Part shown: one piece after another, positions 44,263 through 55,619 of the stretch
Layout: each line of letters opens with the position of its first letter
Position numbering within the stretch: position 1 is the first letter of the stretch
Assembly (NCBI GenBank): GCA_965224085.1
Contig: CBDCYI010000009.1
Coordinates: 268,057 to 332,056 of the forward strand
Length of the DNA stretch: 64,000 nucleotides
Origin: Candidatus Marinacidobacterales bacterium
Lineage (GTDB): Bacteria; Acidobacteriota; Vicinamibacteria; Marinacidobacterales; SMYC01
Direction of reading: 5' to 3'
The notes under the pieces: model-generated
What the model was told of the DNA's origin: nothing
Database searches by the model: none
Seen by the model: only the letters and a program-made list of their open reading frames with translations
Made by a program: the position numbers and the translations under genes

Positions 44263-45267
44263 ATGAAAGTGACGCATGCGAAACAAGCTGCGGAAGCGAT
44301 TGGCTTTGCGATGTCTCTGCTGCTTTGCACTTCGATGTCTCTACGTGCACAACCCGAGGCATACAGAGCGGAGAACACCAAGCGACTGCTCGATCGTGTT
44401 CGTGCGGCGCCCAGATTGACTCTCGACATGGCGCAAATCGTCGTACAACCGCCTCGCCAAGGCTGGGCGCTGGGGCGAGTTTCGTCCGTAGCGGCAGGTT
44501 CAAACGGTCTGATCTATGTGCTTCACCGGCTCCCGGACGCCGATGCCGTCGTCGTCCTCGACCGTACGGGCAATGTGCGGAGAAGTTGGGGGAAGGGGCT
44601 CTATTCCATCCCGCACAGTATACGCGTCGATCGGTCCGGAAATGTTTGGACCGTCGATTCCGGAAACTCACATATCTATAAATTCACCCCGGACGGCGAA
44701 CAACTTCTTCACATCGACGTAGGTCAGATGCCTGATAGCGACCGGCCGTTCCGTGGAGCGGCCGACATAGCCTTTGCGTCCGACGGCCACCTCTTTGTTG
44801 CCGATGGTTACGGTAACTCACGCGTGCTCGAATACGATGCAGCGGGCCGACCTATTCGGGAATGGGGCAAGCTCGACATGGGTGAGCCGAACGCCGGCCC
44901 CGGCGAGTTCCGGCTCGTCCACGGAATAGCCTTGGATAGCGAAGACATCGTCTATGTGGCCGATCGTGAGAACGGCCGCATTCAGCTTTTTTCGCGCGAC
45001 GGTACGTATCTCGGAATGTGGGATGGGCTCGGCCGCGTCTATTCGCTTTTTTTCGATGGCGACGTGATGTGGGCAGGGGTTCAACGGCTGGATCAACCAA
45101 CCGGTTCACAAGGATGGCTGCTCAGGCTAAACATTGATGACGGTACGATAGCCGACTTGATAGCCGCTCCCGAAACCCATTCCGTTTCTGTGACCCGTCA
45201 AGGAGAGCCGCTGATCGGTGTGCGGCCGAACCGGGTTTTCTGGTACCAACATCCTCCGAACCACTGA
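44263..45267 (+). CDS. Secreted NHL-repeat six-bladed beta-propeller protein (PAL-like fold)
   Basis: Signal peptide; repeated NHL blades (LIYVLHRLPDAD; SGNVWTVDSGNSHIYKF; GHLFVADGYGNSRVLEY; DIVYVADRENGRIQLF). Confidence 0.6.
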   Translation: MKVTHAKQAAEAIGFAMSLLLCTSMSLRAQPEAYRAENTKRLLDRVRAAPRLTLDMAQIVVQPPRQGWALGRVSSVAAGSNGLIYVLHRLPDADAVVVLDRTGNVRRSWGKGLYSIPHSIRVDRSGNVWTVDSGNSHIYKFTPDGEQLLHIDVGQMPDSDRPFRGAADIAFASDGHLFVADGYGNSRVLEYDAAGRPIREWGKLDMGEPNAGPGEFRLVHGIALDSEDIVYVADRENGRIQLFSRDGTYLGMWDGLGRVYSLFFDGDVMWAGVQRLDQPTGSQGWLLRLNIDDGTIADLIAAPETHSVSVTRQGEPLIGVRPNRVFWYQHPPNH

Positions 45268-45403
45268 GTTTCGATCACAAGCAGCCGGGTTTCCACTGTC
45301 GAGGTTCGCCGCCTTCGACTTTGGGTCGCCACATCGTTTCCATCACCAAGTTCATATCAACGCGTTCGTAGCCCCACTTCGGTTTGCCCTCCAACCTTCG
45401 AGC

Positions 45404-45884
45404 CTACAGCGTGTCCCAGGACCAGATGGCGTAGCGGTCGGCTTGGTTCAGGTTGTGGCCGGCTTCCTTGAGCGTCAACAGAATGCTTCCTCGATGGTGG
45501 CTTTCATGCGCAATGAAGTAGCTCAAGGTAGTGAAGATGCCTTTCTTGAAACCTTTGCGCTTGGGCGCGCCCGCGAGCACGTCTTCCAGAAAGGTCTCGA
45601 CAGCGCGGCTGGATGCCGTGAACGCCTTTTTCAGCTGGGCTTTGCTCGGGGTTACCGTGGGCGTTGCTTTGGACTGAAATTTCTTTGAGGCCGGTCGCCA
45701 AGTCCTTGGCGCGTTTTTCCATGTGGTAGATGCGGACGTCGTGCAGGTGCGCGAATTGCCGCGCGACATCACGCCCTCCCCGTGATGACAGCGAGCTCTT
45801 CATACCCGCTGCGCTGATTTTGTCGATCAAGAACAAGTTGATGCGGTTGTTCGTCCGCCACGCTTCCACGAGCTCGTCGCGCAT
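45404..45884 (-). pseudogene. DinB/YfiT-family (DinB_2, metal-dependent hydrolase-like) gene split by a frameshift
   Basis: Two overlapping minus-strand ORFs. 45884..45504 encodes the N-part (MRDELVEAWRTNNRINLFLIDKIS...HMEKRAKDLATGLKEI). 45772..45404 in another frame encodes the C-part with the DinB His motif (SYFIAHESHHRGSILLTLKEAGH). The junction near 45650-45690 includes the runs GAAATTTC and CGTTTTTCC. Confidence 0.5.
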
Positions 45885-46254
45885 TCACACCTCCTTCTGA
45901 CCCGGTATTATGCCCCATGCTCCGCACGTCGTACGAGGACTCGAACGTTCTCGCAGGCGTCCTCGACCTTCTCGCGCTCGTATTCCCTTCCTTCCGCGAG
46001 CAAGAAAAAGCGGCGCGTAGACTCGGGCTGCGCTGGGAAGAGTGCAGCACGCCGTTCGCGTTCGAGAGAAAGGCCGTATCGTCGCGCACGTGGGTCTTCT
46101 GGAACTTCCGGCGGTTATGAACGGCGAGCTCCGTTCGTCGGCAGCGTTCACGGAGTAGCGACCCACCCCGAGGCTAGACTCATCAAGCTTCCCGCAACTT
46201 CGAGGTGTTGAAACGACGGCGCCTTCGCACTACGATCGCTTAGGGAGGCTATGC

Positions 46255-47478
46255 ATGCAACGCGTTCCGAGGCTCGCCCTTTCTTTTGCCATCGTGCCCT
46301 GCATCACCGCGGGCGCCGAGAGGGACGCGGTCACGTATACGAGCGATGTGGCGCCGATTTTTGTCAAGTCCTGCATGACGTGTCACCGTCCGGGCGAGAT
46401 CGCCCCCATGTCGCTTCTCTCCTACGAAGAGACTCGGCCTTGGGCGCGCTCGATCAAACGCGAAGTGCAGAGCCGCGCGATGCCGCCGTGGCACGCGGAT
46501 CCGGCCTATGGCGATTTCTCGAATGATCGTCGCCTCACCGATGAGGAAGTCCAAACGATCGTCGATTGGGTGGACGCGGGCGCGCCGCTCGGAAACGCAG
46601 AAGACATGCCCGAGCTTCCCGATTTCGTGGAAGGATGGCAACTCTCCAATCTGCTCGGGCCTCCTGACGCCATCTTCCCGATGGAGGAAGCGTTCATCGT
46701 CCCGGCATCCGGTCCCGACTTGAACCCGAATATCGAAGTCCCTATGCCGCTCGATGGCGACAAATGGCTGATCGCCGCCGAAGTCCGCGGGAACCCTCGC
46801 GTCGTGCACCACAACGTCGTCTCTGTCTATGGACCCGATGGCGAGCGCGACAAGACGGGACGGCTTGCGAGCGTCGTGCCCGGCAAGCAATACGACCTCT
46901 TCGCGAACGGTTCGGGGAAATATGTCCGCCAGGGCTCCCATCTCCGCTTCGGTCTTCACTACCACCCTTACGGGAAAGAAGAAAGCGACCGCTCATCGGT
47001 CGGTGTGTGGTTCGCGACCGAGCCTCTCCAATATCAACTTTATACGGCCGTCGTTGCCGATCACGATCTTGCCATCCCGCCGGGAGACCCGCATTATTTA
47101 AGCATCGGTGAATGGGAGTTCCCTTTCGACTCCGAGCTCACGCTCATGAAGCCCCATATGCACTATCGAGGCAAAGACATGGAGTTCAAAGTCGTCTATC
47201 CCGACGGTCGCAGCGAGATCCTCCTGCAGGTCCCGGAATACGACATGAATTGGCAGATGAACTACGAGCTCGAAGAGCCCATCTTCATGTCAAAGGGCAC
47301 GAAGATGATCGTCACCTCCCACTTCGACAACTCCACAGAGAACCGATGGAACCCGGACCCGACGATGTGGATCTACTGGGGTGACGATTCCCGCGACGAA
47401 ATGATGGAAGGCTGGTTCGACTATCGCAAGAAGTTGGAACGAGCGCTCGATCCGACCGAAGCACCGCCGAAACCCTAG
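46255..47478 (+). CDS. c-type cytochrome (PSCyt1-like, single CxxCH) fused to a copper type II ascorbate-dependent monooxygenase-like (PHM/DBH-like) domain
   Basis: Signal peptide; heme motif APIFVKSCMTCHRPGEIAPMSLLSYEE (planctomycete-type cytochrome c domain). Downstream His pairs and Met arranged like PHM Cu sites: VVHHNVVSV, HYHPYG, MKPHMHYRGKDM, then Met-rich EMMEGW. Confidence 0.5.
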   Translation: MQRVPRLALSFAIVPCITAGAERDAVTYTSDVAPIFVKSCMTCHRPGEIAPMSLLSYEETRPWARSIKREVQSRAMPPWHADPAYGDFSNDRRLTDEEVQTIVDWVDAGAPLGNAEDMPELPDFVEGWQLSNLLGPPDAIFPMEEAFIVPASGPDLNPNIEVPMPLDGDKWLIAAEVRGNPRVVHHNVVSVYGPDGERDKTGRLASVVPGKQYDLFANGSGKYVRQGSHLRFGLHYHPYGKEESDRSSVGVWFATEPLQYQLYTAVVADHDLAIPPGDPHYLSIGEWEFPFDSELTLMKPHMHYRGKDMEFKVVYPDGRSEILLQVPEYDMNWQMNYELEEPIFMSKGTKMIVTSHFDNSTENRWNPDPTMWIYWGDDSRDEMMEGWFDYRKKLERALDPTEAPPKP

Positions 47479-47491
47479 GAATCTATCTCGA

Positions 47492-48076
47492 ATGGCCGTT
47501 TTATTTACATTCATTACGTCAGCGTCCCTGCTGCTCGCAACCGCCGTCGAGCAGAACCCTGTGGGCAACTGGAAAATGACGATCGAGGTCGGCCACATCG
47601 GGGAAGCCTTGCGCACCGTGATTCTAGAGGTCACCGAAAATGGTGAGCAGTACAAAGCCGAGCTCACAAGCATGCAGAACCGCATGACCGAGGCCGACGA
47701 AGTGACGTTCGAAGACGACCTTTTGACGGTCTATTACGGGTCGTACGAGTACAAGCTCGCGATCGAGGGTGACACCGCCACGGGCACGGTGGTCTCCCCG
47801 GCCGGCACGCAAGACGTGACGGCCCGTCGTCAGCAAACCCAACTTTTTGCCGGCGACGCACCGGAGCCTTACCAGAAGATTTGGCGCGGCTCGCTCGAAA
47901 AAGACGAGGACGGCTACAAGATCGTAACACGGCGTCACACGTTCGGTTTCGTGAACGCCGACGCTTTCGAAAAGCAGCTCGAGAGCTTCGTCGGAAAGGG
48001 CGTCGCGATCACGGGATTCTGGCGCGTCGACAAAATCGAGATCCACACGATCGAGCCCTGGGAGAGACGTCGCTAG
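47492..48076 (+). CDS. Hypothetical secreted protein
   Basis: Signal peptide MAVLFTFITSASLLLATAVEQ; no domain recognised. Confidence 0.3.
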   Translation: MAVLFTFITSASLLLATAVEQNPVGNWKMTIEVGHIGEALRTVILEVTENGEQYKAELTSMQNRMTEADEVTFEDDLLTVYYGSYEYKLAIEGDTATGTVVSPAGTQDVTARRQQTQLFAGDAPEPYQKIWRGSLEKDEDGYKIVTRRHTFGFVNADAFEKQLESFVGKGVAITGFWRVDKIEIHTIEPWERRR

Positions 48077-48087
48077 AAACCTCCTCG

Positions 48088-49734
48088 ATGCGCGTCCTGC
48101 TTGTTGTTTTCCTCGCCTTTGTCTCCGCCTGCGAGTCGGAGAGCGAGCGGGAGCCCGCTGGGATCGCTTTGTTGAACGCCACCATCTGGACCGGAGATCC
48201 CGACAACCCGACCGCGGAGGCCGTTCTCATCGAAGGCGATCGCATCGTCGCGATTGGCTCGAGCATGGAGATTCGCCCCAAGATCGGCGACGCGCGTGTG
48301 ATCGACGCCACTGGTCGATTCGTTGTTCCGGGTTTCATCGACACGCATGTCCACTTCCTCGACGGCGGCTTCAAGCTCGCCTCGGTACAGCTGCGCGATG
48401 CCGACACCCCCGAAGAGTTTGCCCGCCGCATTGGAGATTTCGCGAAGACCGTCCCCGAAGGGGCGTGGATTACCGGAGGCGATTGGGACCATCAACTTTG
48501 GGGCGGCGAGCTTCCCCATCGTGCGATGGTCGACGCGCTCACGCCCGAACATCCCGTGTGGGTCAATCGGCTCGATGGACACATGGCTCTAGCCAATAGC
48601 CTGGCCCTCGAGCTCGCAGGCGTCACGCGGGACACGGCCGACGTGGCCGGCGGCACTATCGAGCGCGACGGCAATGGAGAACCGACCGGAGTCCTCAAGG
48701 ACAGCGCGATGGGTCTCGTCTTCGACGTTCTTCCGCCCCCGGACGACACGGCTTACGACCGCGCCCTCGAAGCCGCGACGAGCCACGTGGCCGTCCAGGG
48801 GGTAACGAGCGTCCACCACATGGGCAGCTGGGACACTCTTGCGGTGGCCCAACGGGCGCGCGACAACGGCACGCTGAAGACACGTATCTACGCGGCGGTC
48901 CCGCTCGTGGATTGGGAGCGACTACGCGACGTGGTGGCCGAACACGGCGGCGGGGACGCTTGGCTGCGTTATGGAGTCCTCAAAGGCTTCGTCGATGGCT
49001 CACTCGGATCGCACACCGCAGCGTTTCACGCTCCGTTCGACGACCAGCCCTCGGATCGAGGCTTTTTCATCAACACGGAAGAAGAACTTCATACGTGGAT
49101 CTCGGGTGCGGACGCGGCCGGGTTGCACGTCGTCGTCCACGCCATCGGGGATCGCGCCAACGAAACACTCCTCGACATCTTCGAGCGTGTTGCCCGAGAC
49201 AACGGCGCGCGCGACCGGCGTTTTCGCATCGAGCATGCTCAGCACTTGAGGCCCGAGGACATCCCCCGCTTCGCGGAGCTCGGCGTCATAGCGAGCATGC
49301 AGCCCTACCACGCGATCGATGACGGACGCTGGGCGGAGCGCTATATCGGCCCGGTACGCATCCAGACCACCTACGCGTTTCAAAGCTTGCTGGATGCGGG
49401 CGCGACCCTCGCATTCGGTAGTGATTGGACGGTCGCACCGGCGACACCGGTCGAAGGGATCTACGCCGCCGTGACGCGGCGCACGCTCGATGACGCGAAC
49501 CCAGACGGCTGGGTCCCGGAAGAAAAAATCTCAGTGGAAAAAGCACTCGTCGCCTATACGAGGAATGGCGCCTACGCATCCTATGAAGAGAACGAGAAAG
49601 GGATGCTGAAGCCCGGCTTTCTAGCCGACCTCGCTGTGCTCGACCGTGACTTGACGCGCATTTCCTCGGAAGAAATCCGCTACGCCGAAATCGTGATGAC
49701 TATCGTTGGCGGTGAAATCGTTTACCAACCATAG
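48088..49734 (+). CDS. Amidohydrolase-family (Amidohydro_3) lipoprotein
   Basis: Lipoprotein signal MRVLLVVFLAFVSAC; metal-binding PGFIDTHVHFLDGG, HAIGDRAN, FGSDW motifs. Confidence 0.7.
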   Translation: MRVLLVVFLAFVSACESESEREPAGIALLNATIWTGDPDNPTAEAVLIEGDRIVAIGSSMEIRPKIGDARVIDATGRFVVPGFIDTHVHFLDGGFKLASVQLRDADTPEEFARRIGDFAKTVPEGAWITGGDWDHQLWGGELPHRAMVDALTPEHPVWVNRLDGHMALANSLALELAGVTRDTADVAGGTIERDGNGEPTGVLKDSAMGLVFDVLPPPDDTAYDRALEAATSHVAVQGVTSVHHMGSWDTLAVAQRARDNGTLKTRIYAAVPLVDWERLRDVVAEHGGGDAWLRYGVLKGFVDGSLGSHTAAFHAPFDDQPSDRGFFINTEEELHTWISGADAAGLHVVVHAIGDRANETLLDIFERVARDNGARDRRFRIEHAQHLRPEDIPRFAELGVIASMQPYHAIDDGRWAERYIGPVRIQTTYAFQSLLDAGATLAFGSDWTVAPATPVEGIYAAVTRRTLDDANPDGWVPEEKISVEKALVAYTRNGAYASYEENEKGMLKPGFLADLAVLDRDLTRISSEEIRYAEIVMTIVGGEIVYQP

Positions 49735-51111
<1,377 letters not shown>

Positions 51112-51137
51112 CGAGAGCCGTAGCTCCCTAAAGCTCG

Positions 51138-51677
51138 TCAGTGAATCAGATAAGCATAAACGTCGACAGAAGCGCTGCGATCGGTCGTGTTGTAGAGAAA
51201 GACTCGATATTCGGGAAAGGCGATCGGTAGGCCAGCTCGTGAACCGCTGAAATACATCGCGTCTTCCGGCACGGGATTCGCGATGGCCTCGAGCTCGAGA
51301 TGAACCTCGCCTTCAATGAGCGCGCGGAGGATGTTCTCCTCTTCCGGAACGAGAACGACCGCGACGGATCCTCCCCCACCCGTACTGCCGCGAAGTTGGC
51401 CGTGCAGGCTCAGGACCGCCGATGTAAACCCTTCGGTCGTGATGCTTCCCACCTCGGTCCAAAGACTCGTCTGGGTGCGCCCGGCGGGTGCGACCACGAC
51501 GTCGACCATGGCCGCCATATCGCTATGGGGGATCGGCGTGGGGACCGCGACGTCCCCCACGATCGGATGCGGGTTCTCGAGATTCACGACGATCGTTCGG
51601 GTGAGCTCCTGTACGCCGAACCCGGCCGCGAAAGCCAAGCAGCCCCCCACGATGGACAACAACATCTGACGCCGCAC
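51138..51677 (-). CDS. Hypothetical secreted protein
   Basis: N-terminal signal/TM MRRQMLLSIVGGCLAFAAGFG; no domain recognised. Confidence 0.3.
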   Translation of the reverse strand: MRRQMLLSIVGGCLAFAAGFGVQELTRTIVVNLENPHPIVGDVAVPTPIPHSDMAAMVDVVVAPAGRTQTSLWTEVGSITTEGFTSAVLSLHGQLRGSTGGGGSVAVVLVPEEENILRALIEGEVHLELEAIANPVPEDAMYFSGSRAGLPIAFPEYRVFLYNTTDRSASVDVYAYLIH

Positions 51678-51835
51678 CGCCGTATTCCTCCCGTAGCCAC
51701 CGCGATTGTAACGTCAGCCGCTGCCGAAAGAGAAATCCTGCGAGATAGCTTCCACTGTCAGATTCCCCCCCAGGTGTTTCCCTGCGCGTCCACATCGTAT
51801 TCGAAATCTACGACGAAGAGGTCGATAATGAGCGC

Positions 51836-52582
51836 ATGGCCCAAGACAAAGGTTTGCCTCCGTGGGCGTGGGTAGGGTGCGGCTGTGTCGGAGCGATCAT
51901 AGCGCTCGTCGCCGTCGCCGTGGGGCTCGGCTTCTGGGGCGTCAATAAGGCGCGCGAGTTCGGCGAGTCGATGAAAAACCCCGAAGAGCGTACGGAACGG
52001 GCCCTCTCCGCATTGGGCGCGAGCGAGCTGCCGGACGGCTACTACGCTGTCGTCGCCTTTTCGGTTCCGTTCGTTTTCGACTTCGCCATGCTCTCGGACG
52101 AGCCGCCAAAAGAAGACGGCGAGCCTTCGACGGGCGAACACGGGTTCATTTTCGTTTCCTTTCCAGCAATTGGAGAAGGCGACGAAGAGCTCTATGACTT
52201 CTTCGAGGGCCGGAGCGAAGACGTCACCTCTCTGCGCCGCGAGAATCTGGACCTGGACCTAGACGAGCGGCTCGACCTAGGACGCCTCGAGCGCGACACG
52301 GACGACATCCTTTGGGTAACCCATCGCGGACGCGTCAGTACCGATCAGGTCGGCACAGGCACCGATCAAGTCGACGACTCTCACGAAGGCCTCGTGACGC
52401 TGACGCTATTCGAGTGCGACGACGACCGGCGTCGTCTCGGCATCTGGTTCGGTCCCGACTCGTCCCCCGAGACCCGCGCCGAAGATCTCGACTTGCGTGG
52501 TACCGTCGGTGACCCGGCTGAGATCGGCGCTTTCATGGCGACGATGGAGCCCTGCTCCAAGAAACGCGCCGCAAAGATGTAG
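51836..52582 (+). CDS. Hypothetical membrane-anchored acidic protein
   Basis: TM helix WAWVGCGCVGAIIALVAVAVGLGFWG followed by an Asp/Glu-rich domain; no domain recognised. Confidence 0.3.
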   Translation: MAQDKGLPPWAWVGCGCVGAIIALVAVAVGLGFWGVNKAREFGESMKNPEERTERALSALGASELPDGYYAVVAFSVPFVFDFAMLSDEPPKEDGEPSTGEHGFIFVSFPAIGEGDEELYDFFEGRSEDVTSLRRENLDLDLDERLDLGRLERDTDDILWVTHRGRVSTDQVGTGTDQVDDSHEGLVTLTLFECDDDRRRLGIWFGPDSSPETRAEDLDLRGTVGDPAEIGAFMATMEPCSKKRAAKM

Positions 52583-52606
52583 GGCGCTGAGGATGACGCT
52601 TCCGCC

Positions 52607-55570
52607 GTGACGAAAATCGAGTTCCCGATCGAGGGCCAGCCGTCGGTAGAGCGCTTCCACGGGTTCCAGCGCCTCATCCAGAAGCGCGTTCAAGATGTCC
52701 TTCTCGTCTCAACTCTCTACGACTACTACATCCTCTCCCAAGACGGACGTCTCAACGAGCAGTTCCTCGGGGAGTTCCTCGAGCTCAATCTACGCCACAC
52801 ACCGAACATCACGCACGTCTTCTCCGGACAAGAGGCGCTAGACCACGCGTCCGAACAGCAGCGGTACAACCTCATCATCACCTCGATCGAGCTCGGGGAC
52901 ATGAACGTGCTCCGGCTAATCGAAGAGCTCCGCGCGCGCGGCATCAAGACGCCGGTGATTCTTCTCGCTTATGACCGCCGTGAGCTCTCACAGTTCATCG
53001 AGAAGAACGACATCTCGACGATCGAGCGCGTCTTCCTATGGCAAGGCGACGTCCGCATCCTTCTCGCCATCGTGAAGTACATGGAAGACCGGATGAACGT
53101 CGCCGACGACACCGGCGTCGCGGGCGTCCCAGCGATCGTTCTCGTCGAGGACAACATCCGCTACTACTCTTCCTTTCTGCCGGTCATCTACACCGAGCTG
53201 GTCAAACATTCTCAGAGCCTCATGCCGGAGAGCTTGAACCTTTCCGACAGGCTCATGCGCATCCGCGCGCGGCCCAAGATCCTCTTGAGCGACCACTACG
53301 AAGAAGCCTGGGAACATTTCAGCCGCTACTCAGACGAGATCCTGGGGATCATTTCCGACATCCAGTTCCCAAAGGACGGCCAGCGCTGTCGGGATGCCGG
53401 AGTTCGGCTCGCCAAGGCGGTGCGCGCTATCCGGCCCGACGTGCCCATCATGCTGCAATCGAGCCACCAGGAGAACGCGGCGAAGGCCGAGGGTGTCGGC
53501 GCCTCGTTTCTGCTAAAGGGCTCGCCGCAGCTCCTACGGCAAGTTCGCCGCTTCATGGTAGAGAGCCTCCGTATCGGGGATTTCGTTTTCCGGCTTCCCA
53601 ATGGCACGGAACTCGGCCGCGCCTCGGACTTGAAGACGCTCGCGCATATGCTCGAAACAGTGCCAGCCGAAAGCCTCGCCTATCACGGCGAACGCAACGA
53701 CTTTTCCACTTGGCTCAAGGCCCGCACCGAATTCGACCTTGCAAAAAAGCTGCGGCCTCGTAAAGTGTCGGATTTCGCGACGCTCGAGCAGCTCCGCGGC
53801 ACCGTGGTCCGCGCCATCGCCGAGCACCGTAAAGAGCGCAACCGAGGCCTTGTCGTCGATTTCGACCGCAGTACGTTCGACGCCTCTGCAAGCTTTTATC
53901 GCATCGGCGGTGGATCCCTCGGCGGCAAAGCGCGCGGTATCGCCTTCGTGAACAATCTACTCAACCAGAACCACATCGACCGCCATTTCCCGGGCGTCGC
54001 CATCCACGTCCCCACCACCGTGGTCATTGGAACGGAAGTCTTCGACCGGTTCATCGAGGATAACGATTTCTGGGCCTTCGCGAGTGAGAGCGATGACGAC
54101 CCCGAGATCGAGCGTCGCTTCCAGAAAGCGTCGTTTCCGCGCGAGCTTCGGAAGGATCTCAAAGTGTTTCTCGACCGTGCCCACTATCCCCTCGCGGTAC
54201 GCTCGTCGAGTCTTCTGGAGGATTCGCCCTACGACCCTTTCGCCGGCGTTTACGAAACATACATGGTTCCCAACAACCATCCGTCGCTCGATGTGCGCCT
54301 CGAGCAATTGATGACCGCGGTGAAGCGCGTCTACGCCTCGACCTTTTCCTCACGCGCCAAGACGTTTCTGGACGCGACGCAACATCGGCTCGAAGAGGAG
54401 AAGATGGCCGTGATCATTCAAAAGGTCATCGGCACCGCGCACGGTAATCGCTTTTATCCGGATATCTCGGGTGCGGCACGATCGCACAACTTCTACCCGA
54501 CACCTCCCGCGAAAGGAGAAGACGGGATCGCCGCCGTCGCGCTCGGGCTCGGGAAGACCGTCGAGGAAGGCGGTTCCTGTGTGCGATTCAGCCCCAAATA
54601 TCCACGCCACGTGCCAATGAGCCTCCCCGACGACATCGAGACGTCGCAGCATAGCTTTTACGCGGTCGAGCTAACGCGAGACGGTCGAGGCGACGTCGTT
54701 GCGGACCTCGTGCAGTGGGGTCTCGACGCTGCGGAAGAGGACGGGACGCTCGCCCAAGTCGCGTCGACCTATTCGGCGGAGAACGATGTTCTCTATGACG
54801 GCGTATCCCGCGATGGCGTAAGAGTCGTGACCTTCGCGCCGGTCTTGAAACACGACTTGTTCCCCCTCGCCGAGATTCTCGACGCGCTCCTCGAGATAGG
54901 TGAGGTAGGCACGCGCGGCTCGGTGGAGCTCGAGTTCGCCGTCAACCTCACGCCGACACGAGACGGGGAGCGCGAGTTCGGTTTCCTTCAGCTGCGCCCG
55001 CTCGCGCTAGCGCAGGAGCTCGAGGACATCGATCTCGGAAGCACCACCGAATCCACGCTCATCTGCCACAGCAAGAGCGTCCTCGGTCACGGGCACCTCG
55101 AAGAGCTGAAGGATATCGTCGTCGTGGACTACCACCGCTTCGAGCGCAAAGACAGCCGCCACGCGGCTGAGATCGTCGCCCAGCTGAACGCAGCCCTCCA
55201 AGCCGAGGGCCGGCCTTATATTCTCATCGGCGTGGGCCGCTGGGGATCGCGCGAGCCTTATCTCGGCATCCCGGTGACGTGGAGCCAAGTGGCGGGCGCA
55301 AGGGTCATCGTCGAGGCGGGGTTCCGCGACTTCCGGGTCACGCCTTCCCAGGGGACTCACTTTTTTCAGAATCTCATTTCAAACAGCGTGGGTTATTTCA
55401 CCGTGAACCCGGAGGAAACAGGCGGGCTCCTCGACTGGGATTGGCTAGCGCAACTTCCCGCGAGCTACGAGGACGGATCGGTCCGCCACCTCCGCCTGGA
55501 TGCGCCAGCGGTTGTGAAGATGAACGGCAAACGACACGAAGGGATCATCCTCAAGCCGGAAAGGACGTGA
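52607..55570 (+). CDS. PEP/pyruvate-binding (PPDK_N, ATP-grasp of PEP synthase/PPDK) domain protein with N-terminal receiver-like domains; no phosphohistidine swivel domain
   Basis: 987 aa. Two N-terminal CheY-like-fold segments (VLLVSTLYDYYI...; PAIVLVEDNIRYYSSFLP...). PPDK_N signature in the C-half (GGKARGIAFVN...; AVRSSSLLEDSPYDPFAGVYETY). Confidence 0.55.
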   Translation: MTKIEFPIEGQPSVERFHGFQRLIQKRVQDVLLVSTLYDYYILSQDGRLNEQFLGEFLELNLRHTPNITHVFSGQEALDHASEQQRYNLIITSIELGDMNVLRLIEELRARGIKTPVILLAYDRRELSQFIEKNDISTIERVFLWQGDVRILLAIVKYMEDRMNVADDTGVAGVPAIVLVEDNIRYYSSFLPVIYTELVKHSQSLMPESLNLSDRLMRIRARPKILLSDHYEEAWEHFSRYSDEILGIISDIQFPKDGQRCRDAGVRLAKAVRAIRPDVPIMLQSSHQENAAKAEGVGASFLLKGSPQLLRQVRRFMVESLRIGDFVFRLPNGTELGRASDLKTLAHMLETVPAESLAYHGERNDFSTWLKARTEFDLAKKLRPRKVSDFATLEQLRGTVVRAIAEHRKERNRGLVVDFDRSTFDASASFYRIGGGSLGGKARGIAFVNNLLNQNHIDRHFPGVAIHVPTTVVIGTEVFDRFIEDNDFWAFASESDDDPEIERRFQKASFPRELRKDLKVFLDRAHYPLAVRSSSLLEDSPYDPFAGVYETYMVPNNHPSLDVRLEQLMTAVKRVYASTFSSRAKTFLDATQHRLEEEKMAVIIQKVIGTAHGNRFYPDISGAARSHNFYPTPPAKGEDGIAAVALGLGKTVEEGGSCVRFSPKYPRHVPMSLPDDIETSQHSFYAVELTRDGRGDVVADLVQWGLDAAEEDGTLAQVASTYSAENDVLYDGVSRDGVRVVTFAPVLKHDLFPLAEILDALLEIGEVGTRGSVELEFAVNLTPTRDGEREFGFLQLRPLALAQELEDIDLGSTTESTLICHSKSVLGHGHLEELKDIVVVDYHRFERKDSRHAAEIVAQLNAALQAEGRPYILIGVGRWGSREPYLGIPVTWSQVAGARVIVEAGFRDFRVTPSQGTHFFQNLISNSVGYFTVNPEETGGLLDWDWLAQLPASYEDGSVRHLRLDAPAVVKMNGKRHEGIILKPERT

Positions 55571-55619
55571 CGCGCTCTCAGGAGTCCGGCTCGTCCCGGT
55601 GATATAGTATCCGTCGCAC

